Of a DNA stretch of 64,000 nucleotides, positions 26,921 to 43,170 are shown one piece after another. Position 1 is the first letter of the stretch; every line of letters begins with the position of its first letter. Below the pieces are notes generated by a model that worked only from the letters and a program-made list of their open reading frames with translations, searched no databases and was not told the origin of the DNA. A program made the position numbers and the translations under genes. Origin of the DNA: Octopus vulgaris (Eukaryota); NCBI GenBank assembly GCA_951406725.2, contig OX597825.1, forward strand, positions 27,342,001-27,406,000, in the 5' to 3' direction.

Positions 26921-27730
26921 AGGTAATATCATATTTAGAGCGTAAATTTAAAGAATTTTACTCATAATCACGCTTAAATAATTAAACTAACAACCAAATT
27001 GTCAATGCTTTATACCAGCTTAAGACGTGCAAAATGTTTCGAATATATTCTACAGAAATATATAACTGTATATAATATATAAAATATTCTATACAGTCAA
27101 CTTGTTAAATAATTTTCGGAGTCAATTAATAGACAGGAAGTATGTTAATTAATGTTAATTAAATATTTAATTTCAATAAGATTGATTCATATAAACAAAA
27201 TTATCTAGTTCTTAGGAAACTGAAATTTTCTAAAGAAATTTATAAATTTATGGTTTAACTATTCGATAGCATTCTCTTTTTACATTTGTCACGAACGTTA
27301 AGGGACAATGACATTACAAAACCGGTGTATAAAAGAATGCATATCATTAAATGGCAATTTATCGTTGTACCCTGCATATACTCATCCTGTATGGCGGATA
27401 TATATTGTAAACTTTTATATATATCTCAATATAAACAGTGTTAAAAGGCACGCCTGTTTCCTTGATATGTGAAAGGTTTCTACTAATAATCAATGAACCA
27501 TTCGACACAAAGTGGTACATGTGGTCGCCAATCCTACAGTAGAGTCCAAAGACTGTCAAAGATTTAAATTAGTTGAAGAATGTGAGAATAACATGTTCTA
27601 CATTTCTAAATACACGCATACGCATTTCTAAATACGCGCATACGCGCGCGCAAATATACAAACACACACATATATATATATGTTGTATATTCGATTGCAG
27701 GTATACATACATACATACATGCATACATAC

Positions 27731-27778
<48 letters not shown>

Positions 27779-28079
27779 GTATATGCGTAGTATGTGTGTA
27801 TCTATATGTGCATATGTACATGTGTGGGGGTGTCTACACGCGACTGTATGACGTGTTCTGCATTTATTAATATATGTATCAATTTGAATATTCAATTGTC
27901 AGTTTCTTTCTCAAATTACTCTTGATACTTTGTTTGGCTAAATTTATACACGTGTAACTTGAAAACTGTTTGACCTTTGGCGCTCATAAACCATTCCGTC
28001 TACTGAACCGTCAATGACTCATTGTCAATTGATTCTCATTCATTATCTATTACACACCTCCTTCAATATCTCTCACCGT

Positions 28080-28290
28080 TTCTACTCTAGGCACAAGACC
28101 CGAAATTTTGTGTAAGGGATTCAGTCGATTAGAAAGACCTTATTACGCAACTGGCACTGAATTTACCCACCTCTAAATGATGAAAGGCAAAGTCGACATC
28201 GATGGAATTTGAACTCAGAACGTAAAGTCAGACGAAATGTCGCTAAGCATTTCGCCCGGCGTGCTTACGATTCTGCCAGCTCACCGCCTT
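28080..28290 (-). mobile_element. SINE family C
   Basis: GATGAAAGGCAAAGTCGAC..GGAATTTGAACTCAGAACGTAA..GCTAAGCATTTCGCCCGGCGTGC..TTCTGCCAGCTCACCGCC is the reverse complement of the 47891 copy. Confidence 0.85.
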
Positions 28291-28465
28291 CTCTCTATCA
28301 ACACTATCATTATTTTACACTTCAAAGCTCTCTCCTCCTTCATTTTCTCTGTCTCTCAGTCGTATTCACTTCTTTTATTTTAGATAATCAATTTTATTTT
28401 TATATTTTACTTGTATAGATTCATTCCGAGTAAAACTTGATTCTATATTTTTATATTATATATTA

Positions 28466-28660
28466 CAGTAATCCCTCAACTATCGCCGGTGTTACATTCC
28501 AACCCTACGCCCCACCGCGATAGGTGAAATCTGCGAAGTACAATCAGTACTCTACTGTATATATTGTAGTATTAGTATTTTTATAATTTGTATATACTTA
28601 TTTTATTATAAATGCAAAACAACACCACGGAAGAATCGACGTAAGCTTAAATAATAAACC
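28466..28660 (+). mobile_element. Tigger/pogo-like DNA transposon terminus
   Basis: TA|CAGTAATCCCTCAACTATCGC start and an internal CCGCGATAGGTGAAATCTGCGAAGT. No matching right TIR was found. Confidence 0.45.
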
Positions 28661-28937
28661 GAATTTTTTTTCTATTTAAACAAGTTGGTCTACACATAGA
28701 GGGCTTTATTTTCCTGGGAAGAAAAGGAAATGCTGCATCATTCAGATTGTCTTTTAGTTTATTTTTAAAGTGCAAATCTGACCTTCCAACTGATCTTCCT
28801 GTTTGGAATTACCCAAACGGAAGTTGTTTCGAAATGCGGACATCATTCATACGTGATAGATGACCTTACTATCTAAGCTGTATTTTGATAAGGATAGCTT
28901 CTGTACCATATATATTGCATTTTGTTAGTACCTCGCT

Positions 28938-29216
28938 GTTATCAAAATGGTAAGACGGATTTTAATTGGAGATAGTACGAAAGCATCGCATATAAAAGTG
29001 TCAGGCTATTTGATGTGCATTTGATCTAAAGTCCAAATTTCAGCTCCATAAAGCTATGTTGTCAAAACCACCGATTTTCACCTTCAGAAGTACGTCATGG
29101 CTTTCCCAAAGCCTATGATAAATCTGACCGAAAACGGAGCTAGTCTTCCCGGTTCTTTTTATATGCGATGCTTGAATTGTATCTCCAAATTAAATCCGAG
29201 TGACCACACTGATAAC
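28938..29216. mobile_element. MITE-like element with ~60-bp imperfect terminal inverted repeats
   Basis: Left GTTATCAAAATGGT..CGGATTTTAATTGGAGATA..AAGCATCGCATATAAAA matches right TTTTATATGCGATGCTT..TATCTCCAAATTAAATCCG..ACCACACTGATAAC. Confidence 0.75.
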
Positions 29217-29495
29217 GGATAAAGTGTTGGTGGTATAAGTAAGTAGAAGTATTAGAATGAAGATGCATATGGATATAAGAAGTGCTTAATAGTCGTGACA
29301 TACATTTATTTGACAATACATGTAATTTTTATAAAACAGTGATAGAAAACATCAATATGCTCAGATGCGCTGCGGAGGTGGAATTATTTGGAAAAGCATA
29401 GTTTTCCCCACATTACAGATGTCAATTGTTTCTGCTGTTGCTGCTGGTATTGCAGTCCATAATAGCCGCAATTCAACATTTCAATTCATGAGAAT

Positions 29496-29619
29496 ATGCG
29501 TCTTTACTCAATGGCTTTCAAAGACGAGCGATTCAGTGGTGCCTTATTGCAATTTTATTTGCTTTATTTCACTTCGTTGTTTTTATTATACTTTCAATTA
29601 CATGTGGAGATTGTTCAAG
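29496..29619 (+). CDS. Possible first coding exon encoding a signal peptide of a secreted or membrane protein
   Basis: MRLYSMAFKDERFSGALLQFYLLYFTSLFLLYFQLHVEIVQ(G) ends at a strong donor AAG|GTAAGA in phase 1. A possible acceptor TTTTCCCCACATTACAG ends at 29418. No downstream exon was identified. Confidence 0.35.
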
Positions 29620-31099
29620 GTAAGAAGGAAATTATTAGTTTCGATACTTTTGAGAGTCTATTGCTTGATCAAGTTGACGCTAAGAAACATCCTTAGGAAT
29701 TCTTTTCGTGAAGAAAGAAGCAGTAGGTTACTGCAAATTGAGGATATTACACACTACTTGTTAAGGCAATAGAATTTGCTGAAAACTTCGAAAACATTAA
29801 ACACAATGGAACAGAGTATATTTAGAGGCAACCATAAACTGAAAAGAAATATAGAGTCAAAAGTTATAGAAAAAATCTTTTGAGGCAGACGTGGAAAATA
29901 ATTACTCAGCTAAAATAATAGAAACAACTGTTTACTTTCCGGTTGAAATCAAAAAGAGGTTTGGTGTAAACTGTATTAACATGATAAGTGACATGATAGT
30001 CAGCTGCTAAAAGGGAGGAATTTAAGAAATATCTTGGGATTATATTTCACTTCGAATGTTGACAAAAGAACGTTGCTTTTCTAGGCTTAACAGTTAAATG
30101 TGTAATCCTCATTAACACAGGATGTTCGAAATCATATATAGTGCTACCACGGAATTTAGTTACTCTCATCATTTATCATTTAATTGTTTTAGTCACTTGA
30201 CTGCCTCCATGCTGAATTACCGCCTTATATTAATTAAGTTGTTATATAATTCGGTCAAATTACAAATAATAAATAAAATTCAGTGTATAGTGATGAGCAG
30301 ATTAATTTATAAGATGTATAGTGATAAGCGGGGATCATTTATGGGAATTTATAGCATCAAACAAATATGTTTCTATATTTTTCAATTCAATTTGCATGTA
30401 CCTACTGATATTGCCAGAGTTATTTTGATTTACGTAGGAAATGCTTTTAATTTCGAATAAAATAAAAGCGAAATTACATTACAAAATTCCTGTTCATGTA
30501 TCTCCTTTGAAATATAACATCCTCAACCACAGATACGTCTACTTAGTATTACTTAGACTGTGGGTGCTATGGTATTTAACGGGCAGGATCACTGAAATAG
30601 AGCCTGGGTACATTAGCTTCTTTTGAATACATCTCAAAATGTTCGTGACTGAACTAAAATAATACATAAAAATTTAATTCATTTGATATTTTTGTCGTGA
30701 GCAAATTTCTGATATCTTTCGCTGAAAGAAACGTTGTAAATTGAACTTATCTAAATTTAGATATGAAAACTAAAATGTATTCAATTCCGGTAGTTTGACA
30801 CATATAGTTGTTTTATATTCATGATAAACTGACAATATCAACAGTTTCTGAACACGACATGGCCGATATTTTTATATATCCTATTTCTGGAACACCATCC
30901 TTTAACATAAGTTCAACAGTGCTAATATAAGTAATGTATGCAGACGAGATTTACCTTCACTCTAAATAATTCGTGTGTATCTGCTCTACAGATAGTTAGA
31001 GGGATCAAATGTTCTCTAATCGTGTTGTATATTTATATTTTGTCCTACATTTCTTAATGATCACAACTGCTTATGTATACGTGTGTGTGTGTGTGCATG

Positions 31100-33875
31100 T
31101 ATATATATATATACATATATACATGCATATATAGGAAAATAGAATAAATTATAATAAAGGAGAATGCTAAATTGAAAGTAAATTTTAATAAAAAATGGAT
31201 GTATGAAAAATTATAAAAGAAAAAATAATAGATCAAAACGGTTTTCATTACAAGGCAAATTTTCAGGATTTGGAAGGGGAAAAGTTTTGTTTTTTAAATT
31301 GAGGAAGAGGAAAAAGAAATCTACAATGATTTTTCAAAAGAATAATAATACATATATATATAAGAAATTAATAAATAAGTATACCAATACATGTAGAGTC
31401 TTTATGCTTATAGAGTTCAATAATAGTCCTTGGAAAACTACTTTGGAGGATTAGGATGCATATGTTTAAATGTTTTGTGTATTTTGGAAGAGTGGGTGAC
31501 TGTGTGTCAAAACAGGAAATGGGGTAGAAGTTATCGAGTATCTGTGAGTAAAGAGAGACAATTCTGTGGATGTTATGCTCTTTAATTAGAATGGTGGATT
31601 TATTGTCAAAAAGGATGCTTATATCAATTTTTTGTCAGATAGGATGCTAGAAAAAGGAGTATGGTCACAGTGGAGTTGGCATATCAAGACGAGTTTGGAA
31701 TTTTTCAATACAAAGATTCTCCTCGTTGATTCTTTCTTTTGTAGAGATACTGTCTTTACATTGGTAGAAAGGGAATATGTGAAATTTGAGATTTTTATCT
31801 CTAGCGCAAGAGTCTATGTGGCTACTGAGTGGAATTTGACAGTATTGTGGGAGATTTATCTGTTCTTTATGGACTGCTACTATTTTGCGTAAAGCAAGGC
31901 TTGTTTGTCCAACATAATCGTGTTGGCAACCGGCGCATGTGAGAACGTAGTTGAGGTTCTCGGAGGAACAGGAAAAGTTGGCCTTGATTTTAAACTTTCT
32001 TTCTCGTTTGAAACTAAATTCAGAGCCTTCAAGTAGGAAGTGGCAGGTACCACAGTTAGGGCGTGCACATTTTTTAACTTATAGGGGTGGATGTGGTGTA
32101 TGACGGTTGGCATTTATTATGAGTTTTTTCAAAGATTTATGTTGCATTTTGCATTTAAGGATTTTATATGTATTGATAATATTATTCATTTTGGGGTCTG
32201 TGGACAGTAAGATGAGGTTTTGTATGATTGCGGTGTATGCTTCGATGTTTTAGGGGTTATGGGTGGAAATGTATGGAAGTATTTTGATGTTGGGTGTGTT
32301 ACTGTGTTGGGTGGTTTTCGGGGTATTATTGTCTAGTTCTTTGGCACGTTTCATTCCATGGTTTTTGAGTGAGGAGGGATATTGGCGTTGTAGTAGTGGG
32401 GTTTTTTTGAGGTATTGAAGGCATATTCCTCGAGTTTTGAGATTCGAGACAATGGTGCATACCCTTTTAGCTAAGTTGAAAGGGATATTTATCTTGGTGA
32501 GTTTTGGGTGGCCTGAACTGAAGAGGAGGTATTGTTGTGAGTCTGTAGATTTGTGGTAGATGTCGGTTGTTATTTGGTTGTTCGGTGTTTTTTAGAATTA
32601 GGAGATCAAGGAAAGGTAGATGATGTTTGCTGAACCCCATTGTGAATTGAATGTTGGGGTGTATGCTGTTCAGTGTGGTTTTGAATTCCAGAAGTTTTTC
32701 ATAAGATTCTTTTCATATGATGAAACAATTATCTAGGTACCTTTTCTAGTTTTCCATTAAGTAGATGTAGAAAAGGTGTCCAAATTTCTGGCGTGATATC
32801 TCATAGAGTGATAGTTCGAGGAAACCCATTATGAGGTTCGCAAGGAATGGTGCAGCTTTCGTAGCCATCGCGATACCACATTTTTGTCTGTAGTGTGTGT
32901 TTTCGAACAGGAAATAATTGTTTGTCAGAATGAACTATAGTGATTCCGTAATGACGGTCTTGTTAATGCGGTTAGCAAATGCGTCTGGGTGTTTCTCAAA
33001 CCAGAAATCAATTGATTCAATACCATATTCATGTGGGATTTTGGTATAGAGATTGATAACATCAAAGGACGTTGGTTGTTTTCGGGAGGTGCTTGAGCAT
33101 GTCAAGATCATCTCTAATGAAACTTTTGATGTGACTAAGGAAAGGTTTCAAAAGGATGTTCAGGAAATTCCTCAAGCGGTGGGTTTCGCAACATGAGGCA
33201 CCAGTTATGATGGGCCTTATTTTTAGGTCCTCCGGTGCCTTGATGTTGATGTGGATGTCAGAGGAGAGTTTGAAGGCTTCGGTGATGGATTTGTTTTTAT
33301 GGACTTTAGGAATGCCATAAAAGAGGCTGGGCGTGCATTTGAAATTGATGATATAATCCTTTTCATTTTCCGTGAGACCTTGACCGTGTGGAAGTATGAG
33401 GGTGGTGAGGTTTTTCAGTGTTTTTGCTGTTTATAGCTGGTGATTATTTCATAGAAGATGTTGTTGTTTAGCAAGGAAAGTATTAGATGTTTATAAAAAT
33501 CTGTGTCCATAAGTACCACAGTACGACCTTTGTCGGCTTCTTTAATATTAAGTTTTTTGTCCTGTTGTAGGTCTCGTAGGTTTTTCCATTCATCCCTATT
33601 AAAGTTGGACTTAACTTTGGTTTTATATGGGGTGAAGGGGAGACTCTGGATGTGGTTGCAAAAATCGTCCAGTGCTTTATTTCTTCCTTTTGATGGTAGA
33701 AAGTTACTTTTGTTTTTGACCATTGAATCATCCTCATTGCTGAAGTCTGTAAAAGCTTCTGTTAAACGAAGTTTTCTGCAAAATTCAGAAATGTTATTCT
33801 TGATCTCCGGGGGGTTGGCTGTTATTGGAGTAGGTCTGAATTTTAAGGCTCTGGCTAGGACGTTAATTTGGGTTA
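31100..33875 (-). mobile_element. Neptune-type Penelope-like element, 5'-truncated and decayed (RT + GIY-YIG)
   Basis: ALKFRPTP...IKEADKG, SFDVINLYTKIPH, CGIAMATKAAPFLANLIMGFLE, RYLDNCF, linker KCARPNCGTC and EN motif NLNYVLTCAGCQHDYVGQT. It is homologous to 55170-57400 and bounded by (TA)n-rich tracts. Confidence 0.9.
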
Positions 33876-33893
33876 CGCAAGTATGTATACATC

Positions 33894-33953
<60 letters not shown>

Positions 33954-35271
33954 CAGATGTATATATACATGCATATATGGGTACAGGACACCACAAAATA
34001 AAACACAAAATCAATGTGTCGTCGAATATTCGCCTTTACTAAAAATCATCAGATGATAGCTGGGTACTAGGCCGAATCACCGAAATCTGTCTATTTTGTC
34101 CCTGTAAAAGTTAATATTCATATATATATATGTGTGTATGTGTGAGTGTGTGTGCATGTATGTGTATGCGTATGTGAGTGTGTTTTGTGTGTATGTGTGT
34201 ACTATCTATCTATCTATATGTCTGTCTGTTTAACTCTCCATGTATATATATATATATTCTTCTATTCTTTTATTTGTTCATGCGTTTCATCTCAAAGACG
34301 GTGCATATGTTGGGGCACCGCCATTTCACTGGTCATTCTTAAGTGTTTGGACTTTGGTGATGACGGGAGGTATATTGGTCTATATATCTATCAATCTATT
34401 AAATTTTTGCTGTGAATTTGTGTTTGTAATATATAATATAATTTCGAACATAAAGATATATAGTTTATACTATATAGACTACTTCGGGATGCCAGAAACA
34501 ATATTATATAACTGTACACACACACAAATACACACGCACACAAGCACATCTACACAGATATATAATTTATATTATTTACTGCTCTTCAATAGCGAAATTC
34601 ATTTAAACCTGAACATTTACAGATGATAATTTCCGCGTTCGTGATACCACATTCATTGGAATAACTACCACTTATGTACATATGTGCCATATTATTCACT
34701 AAATAGCTTCGTTTGAAAATTGGTTTCGTGTTTAACATACCGAAATAAATCTTTAAATAAAACATTTGTTTTTTGTTTTTTTTTCTTAAATTTAAATCAG
34801 TCTTGAGTATCTTTAGAAAATTAATTCCTTTCTTTTACTATTTTCGAATCGGAAGAAGTACACAATTTAATGGTTCTTTCTACGTTAATCTCACTTCAAT
34901 CAAATAATAAACCCAACAGATTAGGAAGACATGTCTCATTTAATTATTTACACGCACAAAAACCAAGAAAGATATGTTAATTTCTTTTGTTTCTCTGTAA
35001 GATTTTTTAATTTTATAACTTGTTCTTTATTACCTTTTGTCTAGTTGAGTAGAAGAAACGATTTGCCCAGTAAAAGAGAAAATAATAAATTCATTTAATT
35101 AGATTTCGGCTATAGAAACTATTGGAGAGATAACAACGGAAGATCTGTAAAATTTTTAAAAAATACAACGCCTGAGACAGGGAGACAAAAGTAATATACC
35201 AAAGAAAAAAGTTATGCCCGAGATTAATATTATGACCTTCGCAATAAAATTTACAACAACAACAAAAACAA

Positions 35272-36776
<1,505 letters not shown>

Positions 36777-36959
36777 CCTTTCTACCATAGGCACAAGTCC
36801 TAAAATTTGGGCCTGAAAAAGCAGCGCACATCTTAAAGAAAGTGTTATCAGTCTGAGATCCTTGTTGTGACTTGACAGATGACAAAAGACCCCGGTTACG
36901 TAGGAATAACAGTAATAGTAATAATCCTTCCAACTATAGGCAGACCCCGCAACACCGTA

Positions 36960-38790
36960 CATCTAACCATCTCATCTCGTGTGTCTTCGGATGTTATTGT
37001 TATTTACCAGAATAGCGCGTTCCCGCCAGAAACGCATGGCATGCGTTCGACGTCGGAGGTGAAATCCAACCGTGTCTCCGATTCACTGTGTACTAGTTAC
37101 AGTTCGGGAGATTGCAGCTGCAATTCCGAACACATCTGCTTATACTGGTGTAGCTTACGTCTTTCAAATCTACCAATGACCGAATTGTGGCTTGTTGCCA
37201 CGTAGCATCTCTGCTACCCAGGCCCTTCAAACAGCTCTTATTCCCCCGTGTCTTAGCGCAGTACTCTAGCTCTGACAACGTAACCTTTCTGCGTGACACT
37301 GAAGAGTCGATAAATAGCCAATCTCGCCCAGAGTACGACGTTCCATATGACATTTCTAAGCTCTTCTTTTAGTTTCCAAACCAAATCTACATTTATCAAG
37401 GACCCTTAACGTTATTCCTTTACTAAATTCTATTCTAATTGCTCGTTTCAGAGCTCTCCATCGAAGGTTGTCGACGATTGCATCCAACAAATTCCGATAG
37501 ATTAACTTCCTAATACGCGCCGAGAATGAAACCTTCTGTTTCCAGTATCGGAGGTCTTACGTATGGATCCTATCTATGCCGACCGTACAGGTCACAGATT
37601 TGTTGTGTGTATAAGAAATGACTTTGTACTGTGGAAAACTTATGCTACTTCTATCTGCAGGCCTACGAAATACTCTCTCTCTATCCCATTTGGTGTTGTT
37701 TGCCAGGTCGGGAAATACAGTCAGCACCTGTCAGCCATCTGGAAGTGACTGACTCAAAACTCTTTTATCGATAATCGGGTGATTCTTGGTTCTCTTTATC
37801 AAGTCGTGCACCTAAGATGGTTTTCCAATCAGGCATTAGCACTAAAGCATGAGACGTCACAAGGAAATCCCCCAAATGTCTGAAGAAATATGTCTCCTAC
37901 TCCAAAGTTGGAGCGTACGGAGGATGATCGGCCGTACTTTGATATCCAGGCCTTTCCTAAGCAACACTCAAAGGGGGAGACTTCCTAGTGTGTCTCGTGA
38001 AAATACGTCAAAAAACACGATCGCCCTGAACTCTGAGGAAAATGCCCTCTCCACTTTACTCTCAGCCTAGAGGCGCCATTTTTTGAGTAAACCCCTTCAC
38101 CCAGGCCATTCTTGCTACATTCACTCTGAATCACTTTCTTTTTCAAAGACGAATGTGTCTGTCTCTACCCCTTTCAACTTGATCCACTACACACACGTTT
38201 CCCCTGAGTTCACCAGAAGAAGAAACACTACATCTCCTTCCGCACCAAAGGAAGGTGTCGGGGTGATCTTCACGCTGGACTCAGGCGATAGCCGGATCCG
38301 TCTTAAACATGACAGCAAGTGTTCGGCATAAACCCACAAGTCAACAATATCCGAGCGACTGACGACAATCTAATTGCCAATCTAGTATATGCATGATCCA
38401 AGACTGCAGCTCCGTCAAAGAAGAGAGCAGTGAACATCCTGTGAAACAAATGACAAACACACATGCTCACAATGAAGGAGGTGTTAGAGATGTTGCAATC
38501 TCAACGCAAGTCTGCGTATCATCAGGAAGGTCATGTCTAACCCTCCATTCCGCGGGGTCCATAGAATAAGATCCAGCGGGGCCAAATCCAGCCAAATTTC
38601 TATCGCAGAACGAACTACTACTACTACTTACACTTACAAATGTCCGTTAATAATTTCTGTTAGTTCTGACCATATAGGCACAACAGACTTCTCTTCAGTA
38701 GGTATCGAATCTAGATGACTATATTTACGAACGTATTGGCAGCATGTAAAATTGTAAATATAATGGCTTAGCAGAGGAGTCCTGAATGTT
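36960..38790 (-). mobile_element. Scrambled Tx1/L1-like LINE remnant
   Basis: Minus strand: GGLDMTFLMIRRLALRLQHL (~38560-38490) and DIVDLWVYAEHLLSCLRRIRLS (~38350-38285). An APE-like SETRL occurs at ~37075, and a plus-strand HRFVVC..WK piece at ~37590. Confidence 0.5.
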
Positions 38791-38902
38791 CCAGAAATTA
38801 TATTTTTCGAACAAAAATATGAAGTATGAGTTGCGCCTTGGTATCATGTCATTCAAATATAAAACCTAGTAAAGTTTTCGCCTTAACATTCAGATCCCTG
38901 CC

Positions 38903-38987
<85 letters not shown>

Positions 38988-39005
38988 GTTATTATTATTA
39001 TTATT

Positions 39006-39421
39006 GAGTGAGAGAGCAGTGCATGCCACAAAAGTGGCACTGGGGCAAAATATACGAAGCCCAGTATACCCATCATGACTACCCATCTGATAAGAGTACA
39101 CCGGGCACATGCATCACAACCATACGTGTGCGACATGGTGATCTCATATCAAGATAAACAGTGCATGACCTTGCAGGTGGGGCCCCGTTAGAATTTTCTT
39201 CAGGTCGAGTCGCCCATCCCGCTCAAATGGTCCCTGAATAAGGATTGTTTAAGGATGTTGAACAAAACACCCATGTTTCCAAACGCGAATTATCCAAACC
39301 TCCATGATGTTCCCCCACTACTGCTCGTGATCAGAGATGCACATATCGTCAGCCAGTAAGGGACATCCTCAAATGGTTAAGGTCAAACAACTGACAAGGA
39401 AATCTGAGTTATTGAGCAGAA
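39006..39421. mobile_element. Non-coding ~415-bp interspersed element inserted in an (ATT)n tract
   Basis: A GC-richer block flanked directly on both sides by (ATT)n in the same orientation, with no convincing ORF. Confidence 0.55.
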
Positions 39422-39455
39422 TATTATTATCCTCATCATCATCATTATTATTATA

Positions 39456-39509
<54 letters not shown>

Positions 39510-39512
39510 GTA

Positions 39513-39563
<51 letters not shown>

Positions 39564-40710
39564 ATAATAATAATAATAATAATTATTATTATTATTATTA
39601 TTATTATTATTGTATTTTATGTAATTTTTGGAAATCATTATTATTAACATTAACATTATCAATACTATAATTCTGAATATCGTTTCCGCAAATTTAACGA
39701 GATTAAAGAAAATATTCATCCAATATTCTACCAAATTTTACACAAGAGAAAGCAAAATTTTAAAAAAAAAATCTTCATAGAGGTTAGAAAATGCAAGAGA
39801 TAAAAAAAATGGAGGTTGAGAACGTTAATATGACAGTAAAAAGATTAAACGAAATTAAAAACAAAACAAAGAAAAAATAACTATTGAACGAAAAATTACT
39901 GTGAGATTAAAAATAAAGTGATATAGGATACGAGATTAAAAATATATAAAACGTGTATACAAGAAAATATAGTTTAAGAACTACGAAAAACAGAAAGTCC
40001 AAATTTTCCGGTGAGCGATTTCATTTCATACACACGCACACACACACAGACTTGCATACACGTACACACGCGCACACGTGCAGACGCACACATACATACA
40101 CACACACACATAGACACTCACACTCACACACTCGCTCAAACACACATAAGCACACTAACGCACACACCCATATGTATGTATTTATACATTTTATTCGTGT
40201 ATGTGCGCCTCTGTTCATTTCTTTACTTTAAATTTAAAGAATTTAAACTTCCGTTTCTGTGAATTCACTTGAAAAAGAAAAGAAAATGGCTTAATGATGC
40301 GTAAAATGTGTTCTTGTCTTTCTAGAATGTATGTGCGCTGCTTATATTGCTGTGAGAATAACACGTGTATGTAAACTCACATACATATCTATCAATGTGT
40401 GTCTTTGTGTGTTGTTTGCGATACGGCAAAAAAATCTGTGAATAAACGTGTTTTATAAATATTCCTACACACATACATATATGCAAATATATATACATAC
40501 ACACACAGATACACTCACACACACACACATATATATATATATATACTTCTATATATATATATATATCTATATATATTTATATATATTTATATATTATATA
40601 TATATATTTATATATATATATATATACATATATATATACGTATATATATATATAGAGAGAGAGACAGACAGAGAGGAGAGATAAATATAGATATGTATAC
40701 ACACACATAC

Positions 40711-40749
<39 letters not shown>

Positions 40750-40760
40750 AATGTATATAT

Positions 40761-40808
<48 letters not shown>

Positions 40809-41197
40809 AAGCTTATACTGTTGTATATATACGTGTATATGCGTATATTTGTGTATGTGTGCCTAACAAAAGAGAAGTAGCATGAGGATAATTGAGGTAT
40901 ATAAAAATTTGGAAACATAAAATAATGGAAAAACCTCAACGATTCCTCTATTAGAATTTTTATTCCGTTTAATGATTACCTCAACTCTAAAACATATATG
41001 CGCATGTCTGTAAGTGTGCGTGTGCGGACCATGTGTGTGTGCGTATGCATATATATACGCGTACACACACACAAAAACACACATACATACACACACACAA
41101 ACACGCACACACACACACAAATATATATACGCCTGTATTCGTACACTCATACATATATATATATTTGTATAGCTGTATATACAGAGACACCCATAGA

Positions 41198-41258
<61 letters not shown>

Positions 41259-41818
41259 GCATATGGTGCGCGTGTTATATCTGTGCATATATTTACACGT
41301 GTTTCCGTTTGTTCATATTCTTGTTTGCATATGTCTTACCAAAGTCATGCTTCTACTAGAATACTTCCGCTCAAGGTGGAGTTGTATTTCAAGCTTATTT
41401 AAGAATTCAAAATAGTCTTTGTTTTATTTCAATTTTATTGAAGAATTCTGGTCTTGGCAAGCTAAGTGACTGGAAATTTAATCAAAATGAAACTATATGG
41501 AATTTGTTTTTAGATCAGATACAAAACTCAATGTAAATTATTCCCTCTTCAATGTTCTCCTAATTCAGTAAATTTGAATAATAGGAAGAGATGTGCATAT
41601 ATTCGCTTCATTGATTTTCAAATTGCACTGCATCCATGTGAGATTACTTAAAACTAATAAATGTAGAATAAATTGGAGAAATCCATAATACACTCAGAAT
41701 AATATTATGAACAACAAAAACCACTATTACCAATATTAGTAAAGTTAAACTTATTATTATTATTATTATTATTATTATTTAAAATGATGATGAGAATGCT
41801 GATGCTGATTATCAAGAA

Positions 41819-42215
<397 letters not shown>

Positions 42216-42324
42216 TTAAGTACTTGGTGAAATTTGAAATTGGAACATAAAACGACGGAAGGAATGTTGATCGGTGGAGTAAGTATCCTTCCATTTTAAC
42301 AAGAACTACAACAACAACAACAAC

Positions 42325-42410
<86 letters not shown>

Positions 42411-42429
42411 TAACGATAATGATAATAAC

Positions 42430-42870
42430 AAAGAGAAAGAAAAAGGGAGCCAAATTGTAACAACCCAAGTTCAACTAGAACAAAAATATATATGGAGATA
42501 ATGCGTTAGAAAAATGTAGACCTTGTGGAACTTGGAAAGAGGCAGTGGCACACATTATGACAGAATGCCTCAAGATGGCACCGGAAGAATATAAGAAATG
42601 GAGACACAACCTGATTGTAAAAGTTTTACACTGGAAACTGAGCCAGAAGTGGAGATTTGAAGTTGGAAACACATGTACAATCATCGAGTCGAAAGAGTAC
42701 TTAAGACGGAGAAATGTGAGATCTTGTGGGACTTTCCTATTCAAACGGACAAGAGGTTAGAAAATAATAGACCAGATATTAAAATCATAGATAAGGCAAA
42801 TTGAAGTTGTTCACTTATCGACCAATCATGCCCGTTTGATTCCAGGTTCGTAAAGAAAGAGAAAGAAAAC
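42430..42870 (+). mobile_element. R4/Dong-like LINE fragment (zinc knuckle + start of RLE)
   Basis: KCRPCGTWKEAVAHIMTECLKMAPEEYKKWRHNLIVKVLHWKL, then [35 protein letters not shown]. It is preceded by (AAT)n. Confidence 0.85.
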
Positions 42871-42875
42871 AATAT

Positions 42876-43170
<295 letters not shown>

